DNA of 64,000 bases from Candidatus Falkowbacteria bacterium RIFOXYA2_FULL_47_19 (GTDB lineage Bacteria > Patescibacteriota > Patescibacteriia > Patescibacteriales > UBA12075): positions 92,161-156,160 of the forward strand of contig MFGB01000016.1 in assembly GCA_001780275.1 (NCBI GenBank), given 5' to 3'. Shown one piece after another: positions 28,676 to 37,870 of this stretch. A program made the position numbers and the translations under genes. A model generated the notes under the pieces. That model did no database searches and was not told the DNA's origin. It worked only from the letters and a program-made list of their open reading frames with translations. How positions within the stretch are numbered: position 1 is the stretch's first letter; each line of letters begins with the position of its first letter.

Positions 28676-29191
28676 ATGGCATTGTTCAAATGGAATAAAA
28701 AATATCCCGATAAAAAAGAAGAAAAACCGTCCAAGACAAGCGTCGTGAAACCGGCCGGTTCCGGTAATGGCGTGAAAGCGAAAAAAAGCGCGGAGACCAA
28801 AGAACCGGCTAAGGCCAGCATGAAAGATCTGTACGGCGATAAAGAGGCTGCCGGAGCGGAGGAAAGTAAAACCGGGACCAAGACCGATAAAAAAACAAGA
28901 AAATACGGATCAGCTTACCGGGTGATCATAAGACCTTTGATCACGGAAAAAGCCGCTAATTTGGGAGCGGTCAATAAATACGCTTTCGTGGTAAGCGACC
29001 GGGCGAACAAGATCGAGGTTGAGAAAGCGGTCAATGAACTTTACGGCATCAAACCGACAAGCGTGAACATGCTTAAAGTTCTTGGCAAGAAAACCCGCCG
29101 CGGCCGGGTAACCGGTCGGCGCAAAAACTGGAAAAAGGCGATAGTGACGCTGCCCAAGGGCAAGAGTATCAATATTTATGAAGGAGTATAG
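28676..29191 (+). CDS. rplW: 50S ribosomal protein uL23 (about 78-aa N-terminal extension)
   Basis: IIRPLITEKA, ANKIEVEKAV, WKKAIVTL. Confidence 0.96.
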   Translation: MALFKWNKKYPDKKEEKPSKTSVVKPAGSGNGVKAKKSAETKEPAKASMKDLYGDKEAAGAEESKTGTKTDKKTRKYGSAYRVIIRPLITEKAANLGAVNKYAFVVSDRANKIEVEKAVNELYGIKPTSVNMLKVLGKKTRRGRVTGRRKNWKKAIVTLPKGKSINIYEGV

Positions 29192-29317
29192 TGATTTACG
29201 ATTTGCGGTTGAATATTTCAAATAAGCCAATCCAAAAAAAAGTAGTAATACGCGATTTAATTGACGATTTGCGGTTGATATACAATCGGCAATCGCCAAT
29301 CGGCAATCGCCAATCCA
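29192..29317. repeat. Heptamer array and hairpin in rplW-rplB spacer
   Basis: (CAATCG[G/C])x4-5 at 29283-29317, imperfectly complementary to TTGACGATTTGCGGTTG; ACGATTTGCGGTTGA present twice. Confidence 0.85.
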
Positions 29318-29320
29318 AAA

Positions 29321-30163
29321 ATGGGAATAAAAAAAGTAAAACCAATCACCGCGGGAAGGCGCCAGGCCAGGTTCGACGATTTTTCGGATATTACCAGGAC
29401 GAAACCGGAGAAAAAATTGATAATGATAAAAAAGAAGACTGGAGGAAGGAATGCCCAAGGCAAGATTACCGTCAGACACCGGGGGGGCGGAGCCAGACGC
29501 TACATCAGGTTAGTTGATTATAAGAGGGATAAATTCGACATTCCGGCCCGTGTCGCTTCGATAGAATATGACCCCAATCGCGGCGGTCGGATATCGCTAC
29601 TTAACTACGCGGATGGGGAAAAAAGATATATTATCTCTCCGATCGGCCTTACAATCGGAGAAACGGTCATAAGCTCAAAAAATCAGATAGAGATAAAACG
29701 GGGAAACGCTTTGCCGATCATGTATATTCCCGCGGGTATCGCGGTTTATAATATTGAATTGACGCCCGGCCGCGGCGGACAGATAGCCAGAGGCGCCGGC
29801 AACGAAGTTTACGTCATGGGTGTCGAGGGTAAATACGCGCAGATAAAGATGCCTTCCGGCGAAATTCGGCTCATAAAAAAAGAATGTTTATGCACGATCG
29901 GCCAGGTCAGCAACGTCGATAAACGCCACATAAAACTTGGAAGCGCCGGCCGGAATCGTCATCGCGGCATTCGTCCGACGGTCAGGGGCACGGCTATGAA
30001 TCCGGTCGATCATCCGCACGGCGGCGGCGAAGGCAACCAGTCGATCGGCTTGAAACATCCGAAAACGCCTTGGGGCAAACCCGCCTTGGGAGTGAAAACG
30101 CGAAACAAGAACAAGGCTTCCACCAAGCTTATAATCAAAAGAAGGGGAAGAAAGCAAAGATAA
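29321..30163 (+). CDS. rplB: 50S ribosomal protein uL2
   Basis: [24 protein letters not shown]. Confidence 0.99.
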   Translation: MGIKKVKPITAGRRQARFDDFSDITRTKPEKKLIMIKKKTGGRNAQGKITVRHRGGGARRYIRLVDYKRDKFDIPARVASIEYDPNRGGRISLLNYADGEKRYIISPIGLTIGETVISSKNQIEIKRGNALPIMYIPAGIAVYNIELTPGRGGQIARGAGNEVYVMGVEGKYAQIKMPSGEIRLIKKECLCTIGQVSNVDKRHIKLGSAGRNRHRGIRPTVRGTAMNPVDHPHGGGEGNQSIGLKHPKTPWGKPALGVKTRNKNKASTKLIIKRRGRKQR

Positions 30164-30194
30164 GAAGATTTAGCAAATAAAGAAATCAACCAAT

Positions 30195-30482
30195 ATGCCA
30201 AGAAGTTTAAAAAAAGGGCCATACGTAAATGAGCGGTTGCTCAAAAAGATCAAAGATCTTAAACCCGGCGATAAAACCGTTATTAAGGTTTGGGATCGTT
30301 CCTGCACCATCACTCCGGAAATGGTCGGATTTACGATCGGCGTCCATAATGGCAGAAAGCACGAACCGGTTTATGTGGTCGAGAATATGGTCGGCCACAA
30401 ACTGGGCGAGTTCGCTCCGACCCGCAAATTCTTGAGTCATGGCGGTAAAATGGCGAAAACGCAGGCGAAGGGAGCCAAATAG
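30195..30482 (+). CDS. rpsS: 30S ribosomal protein uS19
   Basis: [22 protein letters not shown]. Confidence 0.99.
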   Translation: MPRSLKKGPYVNERLLKKIKDLKPGDKTVIKVWDRSCTITPEMVGFTIGVHNGRKHEPVYVVENMVGHKLGEFAPTRKFLSHGGKMAKTQAKGAK

Positions 30483-30510
30483 CAATGATATATAAAATAA
30501 GGTAATTCAT

Positions 30511-31101
30511 ATGGAAGTAAAAGCGACAGCAAAACATATTAAAATGTCTCCCCGTAAAATGCGGCTGGTTCTGGGCGTCGTCCGCGGCCTCAAAGTGGAA
30601 GAAGCTTTGACGCAGCTTAAGTTCATAAAAAAGCTGGCGGCGGAACCGGTGATCAAGCTCATCAACTCGGCGGTAGCGAATGCGGAACATAATTTCGAAT
30701 TGGAAAAGAGCAATCTATACATAAAAGAATTAAGAGCAGACCAGGGCCCGACGCTTAAACGCTGGAAACCGAGGGCGCGGGGACGGGCTACTCCGATAAT
30801 GAAGAGAACGAATCACGTGAGCCTTATATTGAGCGAAGTGGTGGAAAGCGGTAAGACCGGATCGAAAAAACAGAAGATCGAAGCTCCCGTTAAACTCGGC
30901 CAGCTGCCGAAAGAAGATAAGGGCGTAAAGATCGAAGATAAGAAGAAAACCAAGGAAAAATCCGCTCCGGCCGAAACCGGCAGCGAAAAGAATAAAAAGA
31001 TCGTAGATGTGCGGGAAGAGGGAAAGGGCGGACACGTTAAGCTTGAAGGAAAAGGACGCGCCGGTTTCATGAAGAAGATGTTCCAGAGAAAAAGCGGCTA
31101 A
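30511..31101 (+). CDS. rplV: 50S ribosomal protein uL22 (about 85-aa Lys-rich C-terminal extension)
   Basis: SPRKMRLV, SAVANAEHN, PRARGRA. Confidence 0.98.
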   Translation: MEVKATAKHIKMSPRKMRLVLGVVRGLKVEEALTQLKFIKKLAAEPVIKLINSAVANAEHNFELEKSNLYIKELRADQGPTLKRWKPRARGRATPIMKRTNHVSLILSEVVESGKTGSKKQKIEAPVKLGQLPKEDKGVKIEDKKKTKEKSAPAETGSEKNKKIVDVREEGKGGHVKLEGKGRAGFMKKMFQRKSG

Positions 31102-31132
31102 CGTTTATTAAATCAATAAATCAAATAAAAAC

Positions 31133-31843
31133 ATGGGAAAAAAAGTAAACCCCAAAGTATTCAGGATCGGCACTACCAGGACTTGGCACTCCAAATGGTT
31201 CGGCGTGGGAAAAACTTACGCGAAGAACGTTCGTGAGGATGTCTTGGTCAGAAAATTCCTCATTAAAAAATTGCAGGAAGCCGGAGTCGATCGGGTAGAA
31301 ATTGAAAGACATACCAACAAGATCAGCGTCGGTGTTTATACGGCCAAACCGGGCATCATTATCGGCCGGGGAGGGTCGGGCGTCGATGATCTAAAGAAGC
31401 AGATACATGATAAATTTTTAAAGACTTTCAAATTGGGCGATATAAATCTTAATATCCACGAAGTCGATCGGCCGAACCTTTCCGCCCAGATTTCCGTTCA
31501 ATCCATGATCATCGATATAGAGAAGAGGATGCCTTTCAGGCGGGTAATGAAACAGGCTATTAACCGCATCGAACGGGCCGGAGCTTTAGGCGTCAAGGTC
31601 ATTATCGGCGGACGCTTGAACGGAGCCGAGATCGCCCGAACCGAAATGCTCGTTTCCGGAAAAATACCGCTGCACACCCTGCGGGCCGATATTGATTATG
31701 CCCGCGGAGCGGCTCATACCACCTACGGAGCTATCGGGATCAAGACTTGGATATATAAAGGCGATAAATTCGAAAAAGAAGAAGAGAAAATGGGGGAAGT
31801 GGTGGGAAAAGAACCGAGAATCAAGCGCCACCGCTATAATTAA
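31133..31843 (+). CDS. rpsC: 30S ribosomal protein uS3
   Basis: GKKVNP, PGIIIGRGG, GRLNGAEIAR, PLHTLRADIDY. Confidence 0.99.
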   Translation: MGKKVNPKVFRIGTTRTWHSKWFGVGKTYAKNVREDVLVRKFLIKKLQEAGVDRVEIERHTNKISVGVYTAKPGIIIGRGGSGVDDLKKQIHDKFLKTFKLGDINLNIHEVDRPNLSAQISVQSMIIDIEKRMPFRRVMKQAINRIERAGALGVKVIIGGRLNGAEIARTEMLVSGKIPLHTLRADIDYARGAAHTTYGAIGIKTWIYKGDKFEKEEEKMGEVVGKEPRIKRHRYN

Positions 31844-31887
31844 TCCTTGAGCTTAATCTACAATTATTCAAAAGAACAGATTTCCAT

Positions 31888-32295
31888 ATGTTAATGCCAA
31901 AAAAGACAAAATTTAGGAAGTCCCATAAGAGCAAAAGAGGCGGCAAAGCCAGCCGTCTTATCAAGGTCAGCTTCGGACAGTTCGGTCTTAAAGCCATGGA
32001 GGCGCATTGGCTGTCTTCCAGGCAGATCGAGGCCGCTCGGCGGGTAATGACCAAATACACCAAGCGCGGCGGCAAGATCTGGATCAGGATATTCCCGGAC
32101 CGGTCCGTGACAAAAAAAGGCGGCGAGATCCCGATGGGCAAAGGAAAGGGGCCGGTAGACCACTACATAGCGGCGGTTAAACCCGGCATGGTCCTTTTCG
32201 AAATGGACGGCATAGCTTTGGACCAGGCCAAAGAGGCCATGAATCTAGCGGCCCACAAACTGCCGATAAAATGCAAATTTATCGTAAAACATTAA
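31888..32295 (+). CDS. rplP: 50S ribosomal protein uL16
   Basis: RQIEAARR, GGKIWIRIFPD, MGKGKG. Confidence 0.99.
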   Translation: MLMPKKTKFRKSHKSKRGGKASRLIKVSFGQFGLKAMEAHWLSSRQIEAARRVMTKYTKRGGKIWIRIFPDRSVTKKGGEIPMGKGKGPVDHYIAAVKPGMVLFEMDGIALDQAKEAMNLAAHKLPIKCKFIVKH

Positions 32296-32332
32296 TCTAG
32301 TTTTTAAAATTAATCAATTTAACATAAATAAG

Positions 32333-32590
32333 ATGGAGTTGAAAGAATTAAAAAAGAAAACCATATCCGATTTGCATAAAATTCTCGCGGAATCAAGGGA
32401 TAAGCTCCGGGATCTCCGGTTTAAAGACGCGAATAAGCAGCTTAAGAACGTACGCGAGATCAGGTCGGTACGGCGGGTGATCGCCTGGGCCCTTATGCTC
32501 ATAAGCGGCGATAAAAACGGGAAAGAAGGAAAAAAGACCGAGGAAGCCAAGGAAGATAAAACCAAAGAAAAAGAAGCGGATAAGAAGTAA
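32333..32590 (+). CDS. rpmC: 50S ribosomal protein uL29
   Basis: LRDLRF...QLKNVREIRSVRRVIA; position in S10 operon. Confidence 0.95.
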   Translation: MELKELKKKTISDLHKILAESRDKLRDLRFKDANKQLKNVREIRSVRRVIAWALMLISGDKNGKEGKKTEEAKEDKTKEKEADKK

Positions 32591-32611
32591 AAAATAATAG
32601 ATTATAACAAT

Positions 32612-32893
32612 ATGAACGATAAAAAAGCGGAGAAACAAGTTAATAAAGCTATCGTTAAAAAACCTGTAACAAAAAAGAAGTTTAGCGGCGTGGTAGTGAG
32701 CGCGAAGATGAACAAGACGATAGTGGTCAGGATCGATCGGGTAAAAATCCATCCAAAATACAAAAAAAGATATACGGTCAGCAAAAAATACAAGGTTCAT
32801 GACGAAAAAAACCAGTTCAAGGAAGATGCTAAAGTTACTTTCATCGAATGCCGACCCTTATCCAAGGACAAAAGATGGAGAGTGGTTTACTAA
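32612..32893 (+). CDS. rpsQ: 30S ribosomal protein uS17
   Basis: GVVVSAKMNKTIVV, HPKYKK, ECRPLSKDKRW. Confidence 0.98.
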   Translation: MNDKKAEKQVNKAIVKKPVTKKKFSGVVVSAKMNKTIVVRIDRVKIHPKYKKRYTVSKKYKVHDEKNQFKEDAKVTFIECRPLSKDKRWRVVY

Positions 32894-32952
32894 TTGGCCG
32901 GGGAGAGACATAAATCTTAAAAAGATCAAAAATTTTCTTACATCCAATTAAT

Positions 32953-33324
32953 ATGATACAAGTACAGACATACGTAAAAGTAGCCGATAATTCCGGCGCC
33001 CGGATGGTGCAGTGCATCAAGGTTTTGGGCGGTTATAAAAAGCGCTATGCCCGGATCGGGGATATTTTTACCGCTGCCGTAAAAGTAGCGACGCCGCACG
33101 CGCCCATTAAGAAAGGCGACGTAGTACGGGCGGTGCTGGTTCGCACCAGGAAAGAGATCCGGCGGAAAGACGGTTCTTATATCCGGTTTGACGAGAATGC
33201 CTGCGTAGTGATCGATAAGGAAAAGAAAGAACCGAAAGGCACGAGAATCTTCGGGCCGATAGCGCGGGAAGTAAGAAAGGCCGGATTCGTGAAGATCGCT
33301 TCGTTGGCTCCTGAAGTGTTGTAA
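32953..33324 (+). CDS. rplN: 50S ribosomal protein uL14
   Basis: [22 protein letters not shown]. Confidence 0.99.
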   Translation: MIQVQTYVKVADNSGARMVQCIKVLGGYKKRYARIGDIFTAAVKVATPHAPIKKGDVVRAVLVRTRKEIRRKDGSYIRFDENACVVIDKEKKEPKGTRIFGPIAREVRKAGFVKIASLAPEVL

Positions 33325-33330
33325 TTTACA

Positions 33331-33415
33331 ATTGTCGATCGCTGATTGACGATTGAAATAAATTGAAGAAAATAAATAATCGTTATGCGTTACGCGTTAT
33401 GCGTTACGCGTTATG
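33331..33415. repeat. Two heptamer arrays in rplN-rplX spacer
   Basis: ATTGTCG ATCGCTG ATTGACG ATTGAAA at 33331-33358 and (CGTTA[T/C]G)x5 at 33381-33415. Confidence 0.9.
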
Positions 33416-33430
33416 AGGAATGATATAAAT

Positions 33431-33775
33431 ATGAAGATTAAGAAAGGTGACAAGGTTAAAATACTCACAGGTAAGGATAAGGGCAAAACCGGTAAGGTCT
33501 TGCAGGTTTTTCCGGCACGCGACCGGGTAAGCGTTGAAGGTTTGAATTTATCGATCAAGCATATGCGTCCGCGCCGGCAGAACGAAAAAGGGCAGCGCAT
33601 TGAATTTCCGGCCCCGCTGAACGCATCCAATCTTATGCTTGTTTGTCCGAAGTGCAACAAACCGGCCAGGGTAGGATTTAAGGTCGTGGAAACCAAAAAA
33701 CCGGAAGGTCAGGAAGCTAAGCCGAGTAAAAAGAAATTCCGTGTTTGCCAGAAATGCAAGCAAATAATAAATTAA
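33431..33775 (+). CDS. rplX: 50S ribosomal protein uL24 (CxxC...CxxC type)
   Basis: MKIKKGDKV..LTGKDKGKTGKV; CPKC and CQKC. The upstream ATG at 33413 lies in the repeat. Confidence 0.97.
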   Translation: MKIKKGDKVKILTGKDKGKTGKVLQVFPARDRVSVEGLNLSIKHMRPRRQNEKGQRIEFPAPLNASNLMLVCPKCNKPARVGFKVVETKKPEGQEAKPSKKKFRVCQKCKQIIN

Positions 33776-33793
33776 ACCATTGTTTATCTACAT

Positions 33794-34336
33794 ATGGAAT
33801 CACAAACAGCCTACAAAAAAACCATCCTGCCGAAATTAAAAGAAAAATTCGGATACAAGAACGACCTGGAAGCGCCTCGGTTAAAGAAAGTCGTGGTTAA
33901 CGTCGGTTTCGGCCGGCACATGAAAGAAAAGGCCTATATCGACGCGGTCGTGAGCGGACTTACGCGCATTACCGGGCAGAAACCGGTATTAGCCAAAGCC
34001 CGGAAATCGATTTCGTCCTTTAAGATCAGGGAGGGCAATGTTATCGGCGCTTACGTAACTTTGCGCGGAGCCAGGATGCATGATTTCGTCAATAAACTTA
34101 TCAATATCACATTCCCCAGAGTCAGGGATTTCCGCGGCATAAACGAAAAGAACGTTGATCGGATGGGAAATATGACGATCGGTTTCCGCGAGCACATCTC
34201 TTTTCCGGAGATAAGCGCGGATGAAGTGGAAAACGTTTTCGGCTTGGAAATAAGCCTTTCCATCGGAGCCAGAAGCCGGGAAGAGGGATTGGAACTTTAT
34301 AAATTACTGGGATTTCCCATTAAAAAAGATAAATAA
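33794..34336 (+). CDS. rplE: 50S ribosomal protein uL5
   Basis: [25 protein letters not shown]. Confidence 0.99.
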   Translation: MESQTAYKKTILPKLKEKFGYKNDLEAPRLKKVVVNVGFGRHMKEKAYIDAVVSGLTRITGQKPVLAKARKSISSFKIREGNVIGAYVTLRGARMHDFVNKLINITFPRVRDFRGINEKNVDRMGNMTIGFREHISFPEISADEVENVFGLEISLSIGARSREEGLELYKLLGFPIKKDK

Positions 34337-34337
34337 T

Positions 34338-34523
34338 ATGGCTAGAAAAGCGTTAATTGCCAAAGCGAAAAGAAAACCGAAATTTTCCACACGGACCATA
34401 CGCCGGTGCTGGCGGTGCGGCCGCAATCACGGTTATATGCGTGATTTTAATATGTGCCGGATATGTTTCCGTGAATTAGCCGATAACGGCGATCTGCCAG
34501 GATTGACCAAATCTTCGTGGTAA
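34338..34523 (+). CDS. rpsZ: 30S ribosomal protein uS14, type Z
   Basis: 61 aa; RCWRCGR...CRICFRELA. Confidence 0.98.
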   Translation: MARKALIAKAKRKPKFSTRTIRRCWRCGRNHGYMRDFNMCRICFRELADNGDLPGLTKSSW

Positions 34524-34596
34524 CGGAATAAAATAAAAAGCTAATAACCGTAATATAAAGTCGTTATAAAATCACTTGAATAAAATATAAAAATAT

Positions 34597-35010
34597 ATGA
34601 CTGATCCTATTTCTGACATGCTTACAAGAATTAGAAACGCTGCCTTAATCGGTAAACCGGAGGTATTGGTGCCTATGAGCAAAATAAAACACGAGATCGC
34701 CAAACTTCTGAAAAAAGAAGGGCTGATTTTGGATGAAGAAATAGTGAAAACCAAGAGCCGTAAGAACAAAGCTTCGCAATTCGATGAGATCAAGTTAGTT
34801 TTGAAATACAAGAAGAGCGGCCGGTCGGCCATAACAAGCCTAAAGAGAATCAGCAAACCAGGTCTTAAGGTGTACGCCAAGAAGACCGAACTGCCGAGAG
34901 TATTGAATAATCTGGGTATAGCGATAATTTCGACACCGGAGGGCCTTATGACCAATAAAGAGGCCAGAAAAAAAGGTTTGGGCGGAGAGGTTTTGTGCGA
35001 AATATATTAA
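34597..35010 (+). CDS. rpsH: 30S ribosomal protein uS8
   Basis: DPISDMLTRIRNA, RISKPG, GGEVLC. Confidence 0.99.
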   Translation: MTDPISDMLTRIRNAALIGKPEVLVPMSKIKHEIAKLLKKEGLILDEEIVKTKSRKNKASQFDEIKLVLKYKKSGRSAITSLKRISKPGLKVYAKKTELPRVLNNLGIAIISTPEGLMTNKEARKKGLGGEVLCEIY

Positions 35011-35075
35011 TAGGTTATAGGGATTAGGGAATAGGGATTAGGATACGTTTTAACCTCTAATCCCCAACCCCCTAA
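35011..35075. repeat. Heptamer array with inverted copy in rpsH-rplF spacer
   Basis: TAGGTTA TAGGGAT TAGGGAA TAGGGAT TAGGATA then TAACCTC TAATCCC CAACCCC CTAA. Confidence 0.88.
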
Positions 35076-35084
35076 GCAACACAT

Positions 35085-35624
35085 ATGTCAAGATTAGGAA
35101 AACTACCAATTAAATTACCGCAGGGTACCGAGGCGAAGATAGAGAATGGTTTTATTTTTGTAAAAAGCGGCAAGGGGGAATTAAAGCAGAAACTCTCCGA
35201 TCTGGCCCAGGTCGAGATCGGCGAAGAAGGGATAAAAGTAAGCGTCAAAAATCCGGAAGTGAAGAAAGAAAGAGCTTTTTGGGGACTTTTCCGCAGTCTT
35301 ATAAATAATATGGTTATCGGTCTTAACGATGGCTTCGAGAAGAAGCTGGAAGTGGTCGGCGTCGGATTCCGCGTGAATGTCAGCGGCAATAAGCTTAATT
35401 TGAGTCTCGGTTTTTCCCATCCGGTAGAATTTATTTTGCCGGAAGGAATCACGGCCACGGTCGAAGCTAATATTATTACCGTTAAGGGCGTGGATAAGCA
35501 GCTTGTTGGCGAAACCGCCGCTAAGATCAGGAAAATAAAGAAACCGGAGCCTTATAAGGGCAAAGGAATAAAATATGTTGATGAAGTGATCAGAAGGAAA
35601 GAAGGAAAAACGGCCGCTAAGTAA
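35085..35624 (+). CDS. rplF: 50S ribosomal protein uL6
   Basis: MSRLGKLPI, LGFSHPV, PEPYKGKGI. Confidence 0.99.
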   Translation: MSRLGKLPIKLPQGTEAKIENGFIFVKSGKGELKQKLSDLAQVEIGEEGIKVSVKNPEVKKERAFWGLFRSLINNMVIGLNDGFEKKLEVVGVGFRVNVSGNKLNLSLGFSHPVEFILPEGITATVEANIITVKGVDKQLVGETAAKIRKIKKPEPYKGKGIKYVDEVIRRKEGKTAAK

Positions 35625-35669
35625 AAAAGATCGTTGTAATTTAAAATTTAGTTTAGGATTTAGAATTTA

Positions 35670-36266
35670 ATGGAGAGGGATAGCGAAAAAAATGATTACC
35701 AATATGTTGGTCGCGGGGCTTTAAAGCTGAAACACGCCTTAGAACATTTCCGTGTTGACGTCAGGGATAAAACGGCCGCCGACCTGGGGTGTTCGACCGG
35801 TGGATTTACGGAAGTGCTCCTGGAAAAAGGGGCCCGTAAAGTATACGCGGTCGATACGGCTTACGGGCAGCTGGACTGGAAACTTCGGAAAGATGATCGG
35901 GTGGCAGTAATGGAAAGGACGAACGCGCTTCACGCGGAACTGGAAGAAAAGGTCGATCTGGTGGTCATAGACGCCGGCTGGACCGCGCAAAAATTGATCA
36001 TACCGAAAGCCATGGAGCTCCTTAAGGCGCAAGGAGACATAATTTCCCTTGTTAAGCCGCATTACGAAGCTAAGCGCTACGGTCTGGTTTTTAAGGGAAA
36101 AAAATTAACAGCGGAAGAAAGCAGGCGGATACTCGAATCTGTTTTAGAAGATCTGGAAAAAGCTGGTTTTAAAATCAATCTATATACCACCTCTCCGGTT
36201 ACCGGGGAAAAAGGGAAAAATATCGAATATCTTGTATGGATCAACAAAAAAGAAAAAAAACAATAA
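35670..36266 (+). CDS. tlyA: TlyA-family rRNA 2'-O-methyltransferase domain lacking the S4 domain, inserted in spc operon
   Basis: YVGRGALKL..AL, DLGCSTGGFTEVLL..GA..VYAVD..YGQL.WKLR.D.RV, LVKPHYE, SPVTG..GNIEYL. Confidence 0.88.
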   Translation: MERDSEKNDYQYVGRGALKLKHALEHFRVDVRDKTAADLGCSTGGFTEVLLEKGARKVYAVDTAYGQLDWKLRKDDRVAVMERTNALHAELEEKVDLVVIDAGWTAQKLIIPKAMELLKAQGDIISLVKPHYEAKRYGLVFKGKKLTAEESRRILESVLEDLEKAGFKINLYTTSPVTGEKGKNIEYLVWINKKEKKQ

Positions 36267-36604
36267 AAACGAGGAAACACGCTAAGATCAGGGCCAAGAT
36301 CCGCGGGATAGAATCACGCGTCAGGCTAAGCATCTTCCGGTCTAACCGGGGATTTTACGTCCAGGTGATCGATGATCGCGAAGGCAAAACCTTAGTATCC
36401 GCGCATAGCCAGGAAATAAAAGGCGTAGAAGATAAGGATAGAAGCGGCAAGACAGCCGTCGGTTTTGCCGTGGGCAAGCTTATCGCCAAGAAAGCCTTGG
36501 AGAAAAAAATAGAAAAAGTGGTTTTTGACCGGGGCGGAAATAAATATCATGGACGGGTCAAGGCGGTAGCTGACGGCGCGCGCGAGGGCGGATTAAAGTT
36601 TTAA
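36236..36604 (+). CDS. rplR: 50S ribosomal protein uL18
   Basis: RLSIFRSN, VFDRGGNKYHGRVKAVADGAREGGLKF. Confidence 0.98.
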   Translation: MDQQKRKKTIKTRKHAKIRAKIRGIESRVRLSIFRSNRGFYVQVIDDREGKTLVSAHSQEIKGVEDKDRSGKTAVGFAVGKLIAKKALEKKIEKVVFDRGGNKYHGRVKAVADGAREGGLKF

Positions 36605-36689
36605 GCGCGATTCCGGGCCAGGTCTCGTTCATATTCGCTCCATAAAACGCGAAACAGGCGAAATGTCTTTAGATATAATTTAATCATAT

Positions 36690-37346
36690 ATGGATAATAA
36701 GAACAGCAATAAAAATCAAATGAACAATCCTAAAAACACGGGAACGGGCGGATCGGTTTACGCGTCCAAAAAAAGACAGGAAAGAGGCAAAAGGATGCCG
36801 GCGGCCGGCAGGGATAAACAGGAAGAATTCGACCAGCGCATAGTCGATATCGCGCGCGTTACCAGGGTTATGGCCGGAGGCAAAAGGATGCGGTTTCGGG
36901 CCTGCGTGGCGATCGGCGATAAAAAAGGAAGGGTAGCGATCGGATTGGCGAAAGGCGCCGACGTTACTTTGGCAGTTACCAAGGCCGTCAATAAAGCGAA
37001 AAAGAATTTCATAGAAGTGCCGATGGTAAGTGAAACCATACCGCATGAACTTCGCTATAAATACGGCGCGGCTAAGATCCTTTTGAAACCGGCCCGGCCG
37101 GGCAAGGGGGTTATCGCCGGCGGCGCCGCCCGGATTATTTTTGAGCTGGCCGGGATCAAGAATATCACGAGCAAGATATTGGGCACGAACAATAAGGTGA
37201 ACATAGTGAAATGCGCGATCAGGGCTTTAGATAGCCTCAAGAAGGTGGAGAAACCAAAGAAGCAGGAGATTAAAAAAGAAGCGGAAAAAAGCGACGGTAA
37301 CAAGGACGCGGAGGTCAAGAAAAAGGAAGAAATGAGCGGGAAATAA
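36690..37346 (+). CDS. rpsE: 30S ribosomal protein uS5
   Basis: RVTRVMAGGKRMRF, PARPGKGVIAGG. Confidence 0.98.
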   Translation: MDNKNSNKNQMNNPKNTGTGGSVYASKKRQERGKRMPAAGRDKQEEFDQRIVDIARVTRVMAGGKRMRFRACVAIGDKKGRVAIGLAKGADVTLAVTKAVNKAKKNFIEVPMVSETIPHELRYKYGAAKILLKPARPGKGVIAGGAARIIFELAGIKNITSKILGTNNKVNIVKCAIRALDSLKKVEKPKKQEIKKEAEKSDGNKDAEVKKKEEMSGK

Positions 37347-37375
37347 TCGAAATAAGTATATAATTTTAGAATATT

Positions 37376-37849
37376 ATGACATTAGCATTACATACGATCA
37401 AATCGACGGCCGGTACGACCAAGAAGCGGAAAAGGGTCGGGCGCGGCAACGCTTCCGGACACGGCACTTATTCCACTCGCGGGCTTAAGGGCCAAAAATC
37501 CAGGAAGGGCGTATCGAACCTGAAGCGTTTAGGCATGAAGCAGGTACTTTTGCGGACGCCGAAAAAGCGCGGATTCCGGTCGCTTAAGCCGAAGCTGCAG
37601 GTTGTCAATCTGTCCTTGATAAATGATAATTTTAAGGATAAAGACATCATCGATCCCAAAGTTTTACTGGGTAAAAAGCTCATCGATACCGTAAAAACGG
37701 GCGTAAAAGTCCTGGGGCCGGGAAAGCTTATCTTAAAGGGGCTTACTTTTAAGGATGTAAAAATGAGCGGATCGGTCAAAGAAGAACTGGAAAAGGCTGG
37801 CGGAACATGTGTAGTAAAAAAAGAAAAGAAAGTGTATAATAGGAGATAG
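37376..37849 (+). CDS. rplO: 50S ribosomal protein uL15
   Basis: KRVGRGNASGHGTYSTRGLKGQKSR, PKKRGF. Confidence 0.97.
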   Translation: MTLALHTIKSTAGTTKKRKRVGRGNASGHGTYSTRGLKGQKSRKGVSNLKRLGMKQVLLRTPKKRGFRSLKPKLQVVNLSLINDNFKDKDIIDPKVLLGKKLIDTVKTGVKVLGPGKLILKGLTFKDVKMSGSVKEELEKAGGTCVVKKEKKVYNRR

Positions 37850-37870
37850 ACTATCTTTAAACACACAAGT

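Noticed and set aside
29191-29517. 108-aa ORF spanning the rplW-rplB spacer
   Set aside because: Produced by the heptamer array ([11 protein letters not shown]) and overlaps rplB out of frame.
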